Under the pieces are notes generated by a model. The model did not search any database, was not told where the DNA came from, and saw only the letters and a list, made by a program, of their open reading frames with translations. 64,000 nucleotides of DNA from an uncultured Planctomycetota bacterium. GTDB lineage: Bacteria; Planctomycetota; Planctomycetia; Isosphaerales; Isosphaeraceae. Position numbers and translations under genes: made by a program. Shown here piece by piece: positions 10,720-21,582 of this stretch. Numbering within the stretch: position 1 is the stretch's first letter; each line of letters begins with the position of its first letter. The stretch is taken from assembly GCA_963845755.1 (NCBI GenBank), contig CAWJTV010000022.1:1-64000 (forward strand). The letters are read 5' to 3'.

Positions 10720-11200
10720 CCCTAGAGTCGAGATGCGGCGATCCAAGTCCTGAAACCAAGCCAGAATCTCGCTCAAGAGTGCGAACCGTGGCGCACCTTG
10801 AAGGGGGCGAGTGCGCTTCCGCGTCCGCTGGGAATCCGAACCCTTGGGTATGTCCGAGGTAGTTCTGGGCGACGTGATTGATGATGGCCTCCGCGGCCTT
10901 GCAGGCAGTCCCCAAGTCGTTCTTGTGGACTTGGGGGACAGGCGCCGAGCCAATCCGGCTCTCTAGGTCGCTGTGCGCATATAGTTTGTTGCGGCGAGTG
11001 CGAAATGCTTCGGTCTTATCCTGATAGTCTTTGACGAGGTCACCTAGTTTGGTGTCGTTTGGTAACTTCTGGGCCAGTTTCGCGAAGGTCAGGTTTTCAA
11101 ATCCTCTGGTGTCCGCTGGGTCCCCCAGGCGGCAAATCGTCATCAAGAGGTCGTGCCCGACCCCTTCCTCGATCATGTGGAATGCCGGGCCGCGACAGGT
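10720..11200 (-). pseudogene. HEPN (AbiU2-like) RNase domain protein; 5' end unclear, 3' end hit by IS21
   Basis: ICRLGDPA...NLT...FRTRRNKLYAHSD contains an R-x4-6-H HEPN motif in an AbiU2-like context. Confidence 0.65.
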
Positions 11201-11211
11201 CGAAAATGGGC

Positions 11212-11362
11212 ACCAAGTTTCCAGGTTTTGGTCGGAGGACGGGGTCATCGGAGGACGGGGTCATCGGAGGACGGGTCTGACCAAGTTCCAGGTTTTCGCT
11301 GGGTGCTCGATAAAGAAACCGGAGGGAGGACGGGAAGGACGAGGGAGGACGGGGTCAGACCA
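11212..11362. repeat. Short tandem/direct repeat cluster
   Basis: TCGGAGGACGGGGTCA occurs twice in tandem plus a partial copy (11232-11275), with another GGAGGACGGGGTCA near 11344. ACCAAGTT(T)CCAGGTTTT occurs at about 11212 and 11280. Confidence 0.8.
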
Positions 11363-11593
11363 GAATGGCACGTCCTTAAGGCGTAACGATCAACAGCCAA
11401 AGTACTTAGGGTAGTATTCGACCGGTCGGACAGTCGCCAATGAACCGGGCGCGAAACCCCATCGCCGGGAATTTGCCGGAAATCGCGGGGCTCCTGGTCG
11501 CCACATCGGAAACCCAAACCCCCGATGGAATCCGTTGATGGTCGCTGCAAGTAGCTCTCAAAGCAATATTTACGACTTCAGAACGTGCCATTC
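11363..11593. mobile_element. Putative IS4-family-derived MITE (about 231 bp)
   Basis: Inverted ends GAATGGCACGTCCTTAAGGCGTAA and revcomp GAATGGCACGTTCTGAAGTCGTAA (21/24 identical), resembling the IS4 left end at 58319. No coding content. Confidence 0.55.
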
Positions 11594-12158
11594 GTGTCCG
11601 AGACTAGAGCGCCTATCGGTTGGATTGCGCACGCCCCAGGACGACGCGAAGCCCCCCGCTAAACCACAGGCTGAAAATAATTTCGGATTTTTTATCTGCC
11701 GCTGGGGCCGAGAGTTGGGGCGGCTCTCGGCCGAAATCCGCGCTAGGTGCATTAACGGTTTCCCAAAGTTGCGGCATCCTGAGAGTATGGCCCACGTGAG
11801 ATTACTGCCGAGACGGGCCGCCGGACCGCACCTACCGGTCCAGGTCGTCGTCGCAACCGGATTTCCGCCAAAGAGATCGGGGAGGGCGATCTGGGAAAAA
11901 GATGTCCCATTGTGCCACGTGATGACACCCGCATCGGTCGGTGAGTCCCGGAGGGGACCTGCGGTCAGCCGGGTGGCCAGGTCGGCAGACCGTGCCACAG
12001 CGCGGGCGCGGGCCACGCACGTGGGAGGCGCTCTAACAATGTCGGGACTTCCCGATGGCGTTCGGGGTGCGCGAAGCGGACATCGGGGTGGGGCATGGGC
12101 TATCAGGATTGTCGAGCGTCGGCGGTCGGACAACTCGAAATTGGCTGCCGCGATTTCG

Positions 12159-12322
12159 ACAAAACGAACCGAGTCGTCTCGCCCGACGGACCCGAAAACG
12201 AGGAAACGAAGTCATCGGCGGAGAGGACTTTCGAGAAAACGAAGCCAATGACCCACCCGGCCAATCCCAAAAACGTCCAAATGAAGCCAGCAATGCCCCT
12301 GATCGACGCAAAACGAAGCCAC
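12159..12322 (+). repeat. Five spaced copies of an AAACGAAGCC-like motif
   Basis: Copies at about 12161, 12203, 12236, 12278 and 12310, with unique spacers. Confidence 0.65.
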
Positions 12323-12450
12323 GATTGTGAGATCTGGGTAAATTTTGTCGATTGCGTCGAAAAGGCGGGCGGGTGTATGTGGATGAACCAGGTCACCGGC
12401 GTCCCGTCGTGCAAGGCAGGAAAACCATCACACCATGATGAGACCTACGA

Positions 12451-12635
12451 GCTGTTCCAACACGGGGACAGGCACCTCGAAGATTCGGAGCCAGTCCCCG
12501 TGTTGAAACAGCCAGTTATACTGCACGCGGTCAGAAATGAGACATCCCATACTAACCCGAAGTGTAAACGAGGCTATGGTTTGACGTCTTCGCTCACGCT
12601 TCGGGTTCGTATCCCCAGCCGCCGCGTGCGGTATA
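12451..12635. repeat. Cluster of REP/MITE-like palindromes upstream of ppdK
   Basis: GCTGTTCCAACACGGGGAC...GTCCCCGTGTTGAAACAGC (12451-12512). TATACTGCACGCGG...CCGCGTGCGGTATA encloses ATACTAACCCGAAG...CTTCGGGTTCGTAT (about 12517-12635). Confidence 0.75.
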
Positions 12636-12913
12636 GGAAAAGGTTATCGATTGTATTGAACAGGGAGATGGGTGCATGCAACTCAGGCTTTCCTGCCAGG
12701 ATTCCAGGCCACATTAGACGGGAGAGCCCGACCGACGTTCGCGGGGGGTCGTCACGGGAAGTTCGAGGGATCTCGGGGAGCCGAAGGTGTTCCGCGCCGG
12801 TGGGGATTCTTGACGATCGGTGCTCAAAACGATAACGTTCGTTGTTTTATGGCATTACGAATGACCATCATCGCCGCAAGCACCGGCGTACGAGAATCTG
12901 GGGAGCGAAAACG

Positions 12914-15595
12914 ATGGCGAATCCACAAAAGTACGTGTACTCGTTCGGCGGCGGATCGGCCGAGGGCAAGGCGGAGATGAAGGAGCTACTCGGCGGCAAG
13001 GGGGCCAACCTCGCCGAGATGAGCCTCATCGGCATCCCGGTCCCACCCGGGTTCACCATCACGACCGAGGTCTGCGCCGACTACTACCAGGGCAACCGCC
13101 AGCTCCCGGAGGCAGTCCGGCCGCAGGTCGAGGCCGCCCTGGCCCGGATGGAGGAGGCCGTCGGCAAGAAGTTCGGCGACCCGAAGGACCCGCTCCTGGT
13201 CAGCGTCCGCTCCGGAGCCGCCCTCTCCATGCCCGGGATGATGAACACCATCCTCAACCTCGGCCTGACCGACGCCTCCGTCGAGGGGCTGGCCAAGAAG
13301 ACCAACAACCCCCGGTTCGCCTACGACGGCTACCGACGCGTCATCGATATGTTCGGCTCGACCGCGATGGACGTCGAGCACGAGGCGTTCGAGCACGAGC
13401 TGGAAGGCCTCAAGAAGGAGCGCGGGGTCAAGCTCGACACCGACCTCTCCGCCGACGACCTCAAGGAGCTGGTCAAGCACTACAAGGCGGTCTATCAGAA
13501 GCACGTCGGTGCGCCGTTCCCGCAAGATCCCAAGGACCAGCTCTGGAAGGCCATCATGGCCGTCTTCAATAGCTGGATGGGCAACAAGGCCGTCGAATAC
13601 CGGCGGATCGAACGGATCAGCGGGCTCAAGGGGACCGCCGTCAACGTCCAGGCCATGGTCTTCGGCAATACCGGCAACACGTCGGGCACTGGTGTCGCCT
13701 TCACCCGCGACCCCAATACCGGCGAGAACGCGTTCTACGGCGACTACCTGGTCAATGCCCAGGGCGAGGACGTCGTCGCCGGGATCCGGACTCCCGAGCA
13801 CATCAGCCAGCTCGACAAGGAGATGCCCAAGGTCTACAAGCAATTGCTCGACATCCGCCAGAAGCTCGAGACGCATTACAAGGAGATGCAGGACATCGAG
13901 TTCACCGTCGAGGATGGCACGCTCTACATGCTCCAGACGCGCAGTGGGAAGCGCACCGGCACCTCCGCCGTCCGGATCGCGGTCGAGATGGTTCGCGACC
14001 GGTTAATCGACGAGACGACGGCGATCAAGCGCGTGAGCCCGGAAAGCCTCAATCACCTGCTCATGCCCCAGATCGAGCCGAAGCATCGGCAGAAGGTCAA
14101 GCCGGTGGCCCAAGGCATCTCCGCCAGCCCGGGGGCCGCGGTGGGGAAGGTGGTGCTCTCGGCGGAGGAGGCCGTGCAGGAGGCCGCCAAGGACCCCAAG
14201 GTTCGCATCATGCTGGTGCGCAACAATACCAGCCCGGAGGACGTTGCCGGCATGCACCTGGCCCAGGGAATCCTCACGTCCACCGGCGGGAAGGCCAGCC
14301 ACGCCGCGGTCGTCGCCAGGGGCTGGGGAAGGCCGTGCGTCGTCGGCTGTGAGGCCATCACGATCGATGAGGCCAAGCGGACAATCTCGGTCAAGGGACA
14401 GACGATCAAGGCCGGCGATTATGTGACCATCGACGGCGCGACGGGCGAGGTCTGGGCCGCCGAGATGCCCACGATCGACCCGACCATTCCGGCCGAATAC
14501 TTCACGCTGATGGAATGGGCCGACAAGGTTCGCACCCTCAAGGTCCGCACCAACGCCGACACGCCGAAGGACGCCGCCAAGGCCCGCGAGTTCGGCGCCG
14601 AGGGGATCGGGCTCTGTCGGACCGAACACATGTTCTTCGGCGAGAAGCGGATCGTCGCCATGCGGAAGATGATCCTGGCCGGAGACGAGGCCGGGCGTAA
14701 GGCTTCGCTGGCGGAGCTCGAACCATTCCAGCGCGAAGACTTCGTGGGGATCTTCGAGGCGATGGACGGCCTTCCGGTCACGATCCGGCTCCTGGACCCT
14801 CCCCTGCACGAGTTCCTGCCGCACGATGAGAAAGGTCAGGCGGACGTCGCCACGCAACTCGGCATCGCGCCGGATCGCGTCCGCGAACGCGTGGACCAGC
14901 TCCACGAGTTCAACCCGATGCTCGGCTTCCGGGGCTGCCGCCTGCCGATCGTCTATCCCGAGATCGGCGACATGCAGGTCCGCGCGATCATCGTCGCCGC
15001 GATCGAGGTCCAGAAGCGAGGAAAGAAGGTCCTGCCCGAGATCATGATCCCCCTCGTCGGGACCGTCGAGGAATTGAGCTTCCTCAAGAAGCGGGCCATC
15101 GCGGTCGCCGAAGAGGAGATGAAGAAGGCCGGCGTGAAAGTCGAGTATCTCATCGGCACGATGATCGAAGTCCCACGCGCCGCCCTGACGGCCGACCAGA
15201 TCGCCGAGGAGGCCGAGTTCTTCTCGTTCGGCACCAATGACCTGACCCAGATGACGTTCGGCTTCAGCCGCGACGACATCAAAGGGTTCATGCCAACTTA
15301 CCTGAAGGAGAAGATCCTGCCGGTCAACCCGTTCCAGAGCCTCGACGTCAAGGGCGTCGGCCAGCTCGTCGAGATCGGAACGGCCAAGGGCCGCAAGGCG
15401 CGGAAGGAGAAGCACGGCGAGCACCTGAAGGTCGGCATCTGCGGCGAGCACGGCGGCGACCCCGAGAGCGTCGTCTTCTGCCACAAGGTGGGGATGGACT
15501 ACGTCTCCTGCTCGCCGTTCCGGGTCCCCATCGCCCGGCTGGCCGCCGCCCAGGCCGCCCTGGCGGGAGGGGGGTCCATCAGTCGGGATAAGTGA
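12914..15595 (+). CDS. ppdK: Pyruvate, phosphate dikinase
   Basis: LLGGKGANLAEM, SMPGMMNTILNLG, GGKASHAAVVARG (phospho-His), GLCRTEHMF, SFGTNDLTQ, GICGEHGG. Confidence 0.98.
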   Translation: MANPQKYVYSFGGGSAEGKAEMKELLGGKGANLAEMSLIGIPVPPGFTITTEVCADYYQGNRQLPEAVRPQVEAALARMEEAVGKKFGDPKDPLLVSVRSGAALSMPGMMNTILNLGLTDASVEGLAKKTNNPRFAYDGYRRVIDMFGSTAMDVEHEAFEHELEGLKKERGVKLDTDLSADDLKELVKHYKAVYQKHVGAPFPQDPKDQLWKAIMAVFNSWMGNKAVEYRRIERISGLKGTAVNVQAMVFGNTGNTSGTGVAFTRDPNTGENAFYGDYLVNAQGEDVVAGIRTPEHISQLDKEMPKVYKQLLDIRQKLETHYKEMQDIEFTVEDGTLYMLQTRSGKRTGTSAVRIAVEMVRDRLIDETTAIKRVSPESLNHLLMPQIEPKHRQKVKPVAQGISASPGAAVGKVVLSAEEAVQEAAKDPKVRIMLVRNNTSPEDVAGMHLAQGILTSTGGKASHAAVVARGWGRPCVVGCEAITIDEAKRTISVKGQTIKAGDYVTIDGATGEVWAAEMPTIDPTIPAEYFTLMEWADKVRTLKVRTNADTPKDAAKAREFGAEGIGLCRTEHMFFGEKRIVAMRKMILAGDEAGRKASLAELEPFQREDFVGIFEAMDGLPVTIRLLDPPLHEFLPHDEKGQADVATQLGIAPDRVRERVDQLHEFNPMLGFRGCRLPIVYPEIGDMQVRAIIVAAIEVQKRGKKVLPEIMIPLVGTVEELSFLKKRAIAVAEEEMKKAGVKVEYLIGTMIEVPRAALTADQIAEEAEFFSFGTNDLTQMTFGFSRDDIKGFMPTYLKEKILPVNPFQSLDVKGVGQLVEIGTAKGRKARKEKHGEHLKVGICGEHGGDPESVVFCHKVGMDYVSCSPFRVPIARLAAAQAALAGGGSISRDK

Positions 15596-16061
15596 CCTCC
15601 ATCTCCGGGCTCCACGAAGACGTCATGGGGCTTCGGACCGACTATGGAAGATGCTCATCGTCGAAGCTGGAACCAAGCAACAGTCTACTCAGGCAAGTGT
15701 GATCCGGGCGGCTGCGAAATCCAGAGTCAACACCGACCCTCGGAAGAAGTCGAGCCCGAGAAGAGGGAAACTCATAAGACTAGCGCCAGGTCTTTGGGGA
15801 ACTCTCCGAGGTAGCGAAACACGAATCTCGAAGGGCGGACCTCCAGGAGTTTCCGGTCGACTTCATCCTTGTCGGGGCTATCGAACAGGACTGTGCCCGC
15901 CAGGAGATGCTGGAACTCGTCAGTCTGGGGGTCACCGATAAGGACTTATTCGCAAGGATAGTGGGCCTCGATTTCTGCGATCGTCAGAGTGTTTTCCATG
16001 AGACTTCCCTTCGAAAAAGGCGGAATCTCCTCGTGAATGGGCGACGAACCACCTTCCGTCT

Positions 16062-17559
16062 TCAATTATAATGCTTGATCACCGTTTCGACCGCTCGGCG
16101 CCATCGGTCGTGGGCCTGTTTCCTCCAGTCGTCGTCGCGGCCCGGCGTGAACGATTGGCCGCCGGCCTTGGTCAGCTCGATGGCCGAAGCCAGATCCGGC
16201 CAGAGACCCGCACCCAGGCCGGCCAGCAGCGCGGCCCCCAGGGCGGTCGATTCGGTGTGCTCGCTCCGGTGGATGGGAAGGCCGACCAGGTCGGCCTGGA
16301 ACTGGAGGAACGGGTCGGACCGGGCCATCCCGCCGTCGGACCGGATCTCCGTCAAAGGATAGCCCAGATCATGATTCATCGCATCGATCAAGTCGGCGAC
16401 CTGGAAGGCCACGCCTTCGAGCGTGGCCCGCGCGAGATCGGCGATCGAGGTCGCGCGCGTCAGGCCGAACATCGTCCCCCGCGCGGAGGGTTGCCAGTAA
16501 GGGGCTCCCAGGCCGGTCAGGGCGGGGACGAAGATGACGTCCATGGATGGGTCGGATTCGAGCGAGAGCGGGTTGATCTCGGTCGAGGCCCCGATCGCCT
16601 TGAGGCCGTCCCGGAACCACTGCACCGCGGCCCCGGCGACGAATACGCTGCCCTCCAGGGCGTACTGGGGCGGCTGGTCGCCGAGGGTGGCCGCGAGGGT
16701 CGTGATCAGGCCACGCTGCGAGGGGACGATCCGTCCGCCGGTGTGGGCCAGCAGGAAGGCGCCGGTCCCGAAGGTGCACTTGGCCTGACCGGCCTCGACG
16801 CAGCCCTGTCCGATCAACGAGGCCTGCTGATCGCCGGCGATGCCCAGGATCGGCAGGCCGTCGGGGAGGAAGGGCAAGCCTTCCGTCCGGCCGAATTCAC
16901 CGGAGCTCGGGCGAATCTCGGGCAATATTCCAGGCGGTACTCCGAATAGTTGGCAGAGGTCTTCCGCCCATTGGAGGGTCTTGAGATCCATGAGAAGCGT
17001 GCGGGACGCGTTCGTGGCATCGGTGACGAATTGCTTACCGCCGGTCAAGTGCCAGACCAGGAAGCTGTCAACCGTCCCCGCGGCCAGTTCACCCGCCTCG
17101 GCGCGTTGCCGGGCGTCGGGCACATGGTCGAGGATCCAGGCGATCTTGGTTGCGGAGAAATAGGGGTCGATGACCAGTCCGGTGCGATCGGCGACCCAGT
17201 CTTGCCGCTCCTTGAGCCGGTCGCAGATCCGCGGCCGTCCGCCGATCCTGCCAGACCAGGGCCGGGGCGATCGCCCGACCGGTCGCGCGCTCCCAGACGA
17301 TCGTCGTCTCGCGCTGGTTGGTCAGGCCGAGGGCCGCGATCTGGTCGGCCGTCACGCCGGATTGGTCGAGCGCTCGGGTGACCTGCGGCCCGACCGAGCC
17401 CAGCAAGGCAGCCGGATCGTGCTCGACCCAGCCCGATTGGGGATAGGTTGGCAGGACCTCTGCCTGGCCTTGACCGACGACCTGGAGTTGGGCGTTATAG
17501 ACGACGGCTCGCGTGCTGGTCGTCCCCTGATCGATCACCAAGAGATGGTCGCGCGTCAT
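16062..17559 (-). CDS. glpK: Glycerol kinase (apparent frameshift near 17230)
   Basis: IDQGTTSTR, GWVEHDP, TNQRETT, TDATNASRT, GDQQASL, KCTFGTG, ALEGS. Confidence 0.95.
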
Positions 17560-17718
17560 GGATTCTCCCTCCCCGATGGTCCTCATGATATCGAATCGAG
17601 ATGAGCCGACCTTACCATGTCTGACAGCTATCGAGCGAGGGCTCAGGGTGTTTTCCGGGTCGCGGTTGGTTGCGATTGTCCCTCGAGGTCTCCCAAGAGA
17701 AAGTGCAGGAAACGAATC

Positions 17719-18154
17719 ATGGACATCGCGGGTCTGGTCCTGGGCTATATCGCGGTCATCGGTGGCCTATCAATCGCTCCACTGGTGATCGTCCTCAACC
17801 AGCGGAACGACCGATGGAAACACGAGCTGGAGCACATCGAGCGACATGAAGGCGCTCGAGTTCGGGCGAACGCTGCCGCAGGATGAGCCCTGGTGGTCGC
17901 CCCAGCGGATCGCGGTCGTGATCGGCGGCGTGGTCCCGCTCGGCGTCTTCATCTGTGCGGGGATCACCACGTCCTCGGTGGGCTATCGCGAGGAAATGTG
18001 GCTCGCCGCGTGTTCGGTTGGGATCGTCTCGGTGATCGCCGGCTCGACTGTGGCAGGACTATCCCTCACCCATCGCAAGGCCACAGCCGGACCCGATACG
18101 GCCAAGCCGTACGTCGAGGAAGACGCCTACGACGTCGTGAGTGCCCGCGGCTAG
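17719..18154 (+). CDS. Small membrane protein (DUF6249-like), apparent frameshift near 17845
   Basis: TM helix, HIER|MKALEFG motif, two further TMs, C-terminus AYDVVSARG. Paralogous to the next gene. Confidence 0.65.
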
Positions 18155-18220
18155 AATGGGAAAACCGCGAACTGGATCCGATCGGAGCGACTCCGATCCA
18201 CGCCCCGAGGAACGAAACCG

Positions 18221-18673
18221 ATGGAACCCCTGCTCATCCCGATCGTGGCGATCCTGATGCCGCTGTTCCTGGTCCCGACCATCATCGTGCTGAAACACCG
18301 GCACAGGCGACGCGAGTGGGAGCACCGCGAGCGGATGAAGGCAATGGAGACCCCATTCCAGTTCCCACAAATCCTGGGCATAGGGGGCTCGCGGGGCGTG
18401 GCTGCGATCGGGGCCGGGGTTCCGATGGCCTCCGTGTTGGCGGCGTTCTTGACGAGCGTCACCTGGGAGCCGACGAGCTTCGATGATGTCCCTGTGCCGG
18501 CCGTGGCCTGGGGCTGTGCCGTGCTGATCAGTGCCGGAGCGTTGGTCACCAGCCTGATCCTGGCTTTCATGCACGCCAAGGCCGCGGAGAAGGCGGACTC
18601 AATCGCCCGCATGGACTCCGCCAAGCCGGCTTTCGATCCGGACACCTTCGACGTGGTGGGGAGCCGGGGTTAA
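18221..18673 (+). CDS. Small membrane protein (DUF6249-like)
   Basis: TM helix, EHRERMKAME, two TMs, C-terminus TFDVVGSRG; GAGG RBS. Confidence 0.72.
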   Translation: MEPLLIPIVAILMPLFLVPTIIVLKHRHRRREWEHRERMKAMETPFQFPQILGIGGSRGVAAIGAGVPMASVLAAFLTSVTWEPTSFDDVPVPAVAWGCAVLISAGALVTSLILAFMHAKAAEKADSIARMDSAKPAFDPDTFDVVGSRG

Positions 18674-20002
18674 GCGTCTTGCAGCCCGGAACTCCCACCG
18701 GCTCAGCCCCGCCGCGCCCCAGGTGGCCATGAGGGGTTCCAGCGGGATGTGAAAGCGCGCGGAGACGATCGTCAAGGCGTGGAAGAGCGTAATGGCCGCT
18801 GCCGTGAGGATCGTGGGAATGAGTCGCCTGCGGACCGTGGGATTGGCCAGCAACAGTCCACTCAGGGCGAAGACGGTCAACCCGATGTGGGCCACCCGAT
18901 AGGCCCACACCCGCGCCTTGGGATTGGTCTCATCGAAGAGGATGAAGTAGCGGAGTCGCCTCAGACAGAGTCGCGGGTATCGCCAGGGGTCGGCCCGGAG
19001 ATCGGCCGATGCTCGACGAAAGAGGATGCGCGATCGTTCCGGCTCCGAGACCGAGCCGAGCAACTGGTAATCGGCTTTCGTCAAAGCGATATCATCAAGA
19101 TAACCGGCCTCATGACGGGCTTCCCAGAGCGAGCGATTCCAGTCGCTCAGACTCGCGGCACCCTGCCCTTTTTCCAGGAGGCGATCGACCGATTTCCGGA
19201 GGACCTTGTCGGTCCCCTCGCTCAGCGCACAGTTACCCTGCCAGAAGGCATAGCCGAACGTGCTCTTGATCGCCACGAATTCCCCATGGACCTGGTAATT
19301 CCGCAACAGCCAGGGGGAGATCCCCGCCAGACTGGTGAGCGCCGTGACCACGATCAGGCGAGATGACCGACGAACCTGATCAGTCTTGTCGCATCGGCCA
19401 ATCCAGAGGGCCCCAGCGATGCCGATCATCACCAGGGACAGGATCGGATCCGTCAAGATGAGAGCGGCGAGCCAGCCCCCGGTGATCGCGGCATCCCTTG
19501 CCCGGTTGGAGATGCCCGTCTGGTAGGCCCGGACCAGAGTCCCGACGAGTAGCAACGCCCCGAGCGAGGCCACCTGCACGTGAGTGGCGGCATAGACCAG
19601 CGTGGGATGGACCGCGATCACAGCCGCGGCACTCCTGGCAAGCCCGGGACGGTCCGGAGCGATCAGCCGGCCCAGCCGCAAGACTTCCCAGACGAGGAGA
19701 CCGCCCAGGAGGGATTGTCCGAACTCCAGGAGTATCAAGGCGCGGGGAGTTCCCGCCCCTCCGATGCCGTAGGCCAGCGCCACCAGGGCTGGATAGACGG
19801 GGGCCTGCTGCGAGGTCGGCCCCTCCGCACCGAGGAACCGCGTAGCAAAACCGCGACCGGCCAACAGGTTAGCCGCAATCTCGCCGTGCTCGTAGGTACT
19901 CCGCGGCACTTCGTAACTGCGGAGGACCAGGACCGCTCCAACTCGGACCACGATCGCCAGGATGATGAGTGTGCAATCGAAGAGCCGGCCGGTCCTGGCC
20001 AT
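18599..20002 (-). CDS. ArnT/PMT-like (GT-C, family 39-like) membrane glycosyltransferase
   Basis: Multi-TM protein; IAANLLAGRGF, QAPVYP, PWLLRNY, ARFHIPLEP. Confidence 0.8.
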   Translation of the reverse strand: MARTGRLFDCTLIILAIVVRVGAVLVLRSYEVPRSTYEHGEIAANLLAGRGFATRFLGAEGPTSQQAPVYPALVALAYGIGGAGTPRALILLEFGQSLLGGLLVWEVLRLGRLIAPDRPGLARSAAAVIAVHPTLVYAATHVQVASLGALLLVGTLVRAYQTGISNRARDAAITGGWLAALILTDPILSLVMIGIAGALWIGRCDKTDQVRRSSRLIVVTALTSLAGISPWLLRNYQVHGEFVAIKSTFGYAFWQGNCALSEGTDKVLRKSVDRLLEKGQGAASLSDWNRSLWEARHEAGYLDDIALTKADYQLLGSVSEPERSRILFRRASADLRADPWRYPRLCLRRLRYFILFDETNPKARVWAYRVAHIGLTVFALSGLLLANPTVRRRLIPTILTAAAITLFHALTIVSARFHIPLEPLMATWGAAGLSRWEFRAARRLTPAPHHVEGVRIESRLGGVHAGD

Positions 20003-20192
20003 GGAGACAGACTCCAAACATCCTTGCTGGGCTCGTCCCGATTCGGCGGGGGGATTCTGGTCGACCTCATTCGTTCGGTCAATACGGCTCGTAGCCGAAC
20101 CGGCCCATGGAACTCATAATGGCAACGGCGCGGAAGGACCATTCGTAGCTCGAGCCTTCCATTCCAGCCCGACCGACGGGATCGATTCACCG

Positions 20193-20863
20193 ATGAAGCA
20201 ACTGGCCGACGACATCACCATTCTTGAGGGCTTTCCCCCCTATGCGATCAACGTCTACCTGCTGGGTGAAGTCCTGGTCGATGCCTCCACGCGGTTCGCG
20301 GCCCCTCGGATTCTCCGCCGGCTGCGCGGCCGGACGGTGACCCTCCATGCGCTGACGCACGCTCATCCCGATCACCAGGGCTCCAGCCATGCCATTTGCG
20401 AGGCCCTGGGGATACCGCTCTGGTGTAGCGAAGGGGACGCCGACGCGATGGAGCGCCGGGGGAGATCATGGCACGGATGCCCAGGCACTGGCTCTCGGGC
20501 AGCGTCGGGCCGATCTGGACGGGGCCGCCGCACCCGGTCGCGCGCCGGCTGCGCGAGGGCGATCAAGTCGGCACTTTCACGGTCATCGAGACGCCCGGGC
20601 ACACGGTGGGACATATCTCGTTCTGGCGAGATGCCGACCGAGTGTTAGTCCTCGGGGATGTACTGTCGAACCTGAACATCTGGAACGGCCGCACGATGCT
20701 GTGCGAGCCCCAACGGATCTTCAGCCTCGACCCGGCCCAGAATCGCCGTTCCGCCCGCCGGCTCATCGAGCTCGAGCCGAAACTGATCGGCTTCGGACAC
20801 GGGCCGCCACTGCGCGACACCGGCCGATTCATCGAATATGTGAATCGACTGGCCGATTGCTGA
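20193..20863 (+). CDS. MBL-fold metallo-hydrolase (apparent frameshift near 20460)
   Basis: THAHPDHQG, TPGHT, LGD, FGHG. Confidence 0.88.
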
Positions 20864-20959
20864 GCGCCGGAGGTTGGGCTTGTCACGATCTCCGTACCGC
20901 CTAGAATCCACGTTGGGTTGATCCACTAGACCGTATCGGAAGGATCAGCGGAGCGCAAG

Positions 20960-21582
20960 ATGCATTGGGTGAGACACCGCCACGGGTTCCGCAGTCGATG
21001 GATCGCGGGCCTGGGGTTGATCCTGGGATCCGTCCTGGCGGCGGCCTCTCTGTGGGAGGGCACGGCCGGGAAGCGCATCCGCGTGGTGAAACCCGGGAGG
21101 TTGGTGCGCGGAGCCTGGCAGAATCCCGAAGCCCTGCGCCGGCTCATCGTCCGCGAGCGAATCAAGACAATCGTGACGCTGACGGCCATCAATCGCGACG
21201 ATCCTAAGTACGTCGGTCAAGCGAAAGTCGTTGGCCAGACAGGCGTCAACTGGATCATCGTTCCGATGCGCGGATCACGTGCAACCCTCGAGCAGATGGC
21301 CGAGGCCGCCGACCTGCTCGCCGACCCCAACCTCCAGCCCATTTTCTTCCATTGTGTGGCCGGCCACCACCGTACGAGCCTCACCCACGCAGCCTACCTG
21401 ATCCGGCACGCCGGATACTCGGCCGATCAGGCCTGGCGCGTTCCTCACGGAACTTCCCTGGACGAGGCCCTACGCGTTGGCCGATCAGAATGATCGGGCA
21501 CTCATCACCGAGTTTGCCAGGCTTCAAGCGACGATCGTTCCCCGTCTGCCCGAAGGAAAGAGCTGACCCTCTCATGCAGCTA
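20960..21582 (+). CDS. Protein-tyrosine/dual-specificity phosphatase-like protein with N-terminal anchor (apparent frameshift near 21445; 3' end approximate)
   Basis: CX5R motif HCVAGHHRT; N-terminal hydrophobic segment. Confidence 0.78.

Noticed and set aside
11212..12322. Possible CRISPR array in the repeat clusters
   Set aside because: Repeats are 10-18 bp, degenerate or directly tandem, lack uniform spacers, and there are no cas genes.
15600..16060. ORF or ncRNA between ppdK and glpK
   Set aside because: AT-richer but no recognisable motif, RBS-supported ORF or structure.
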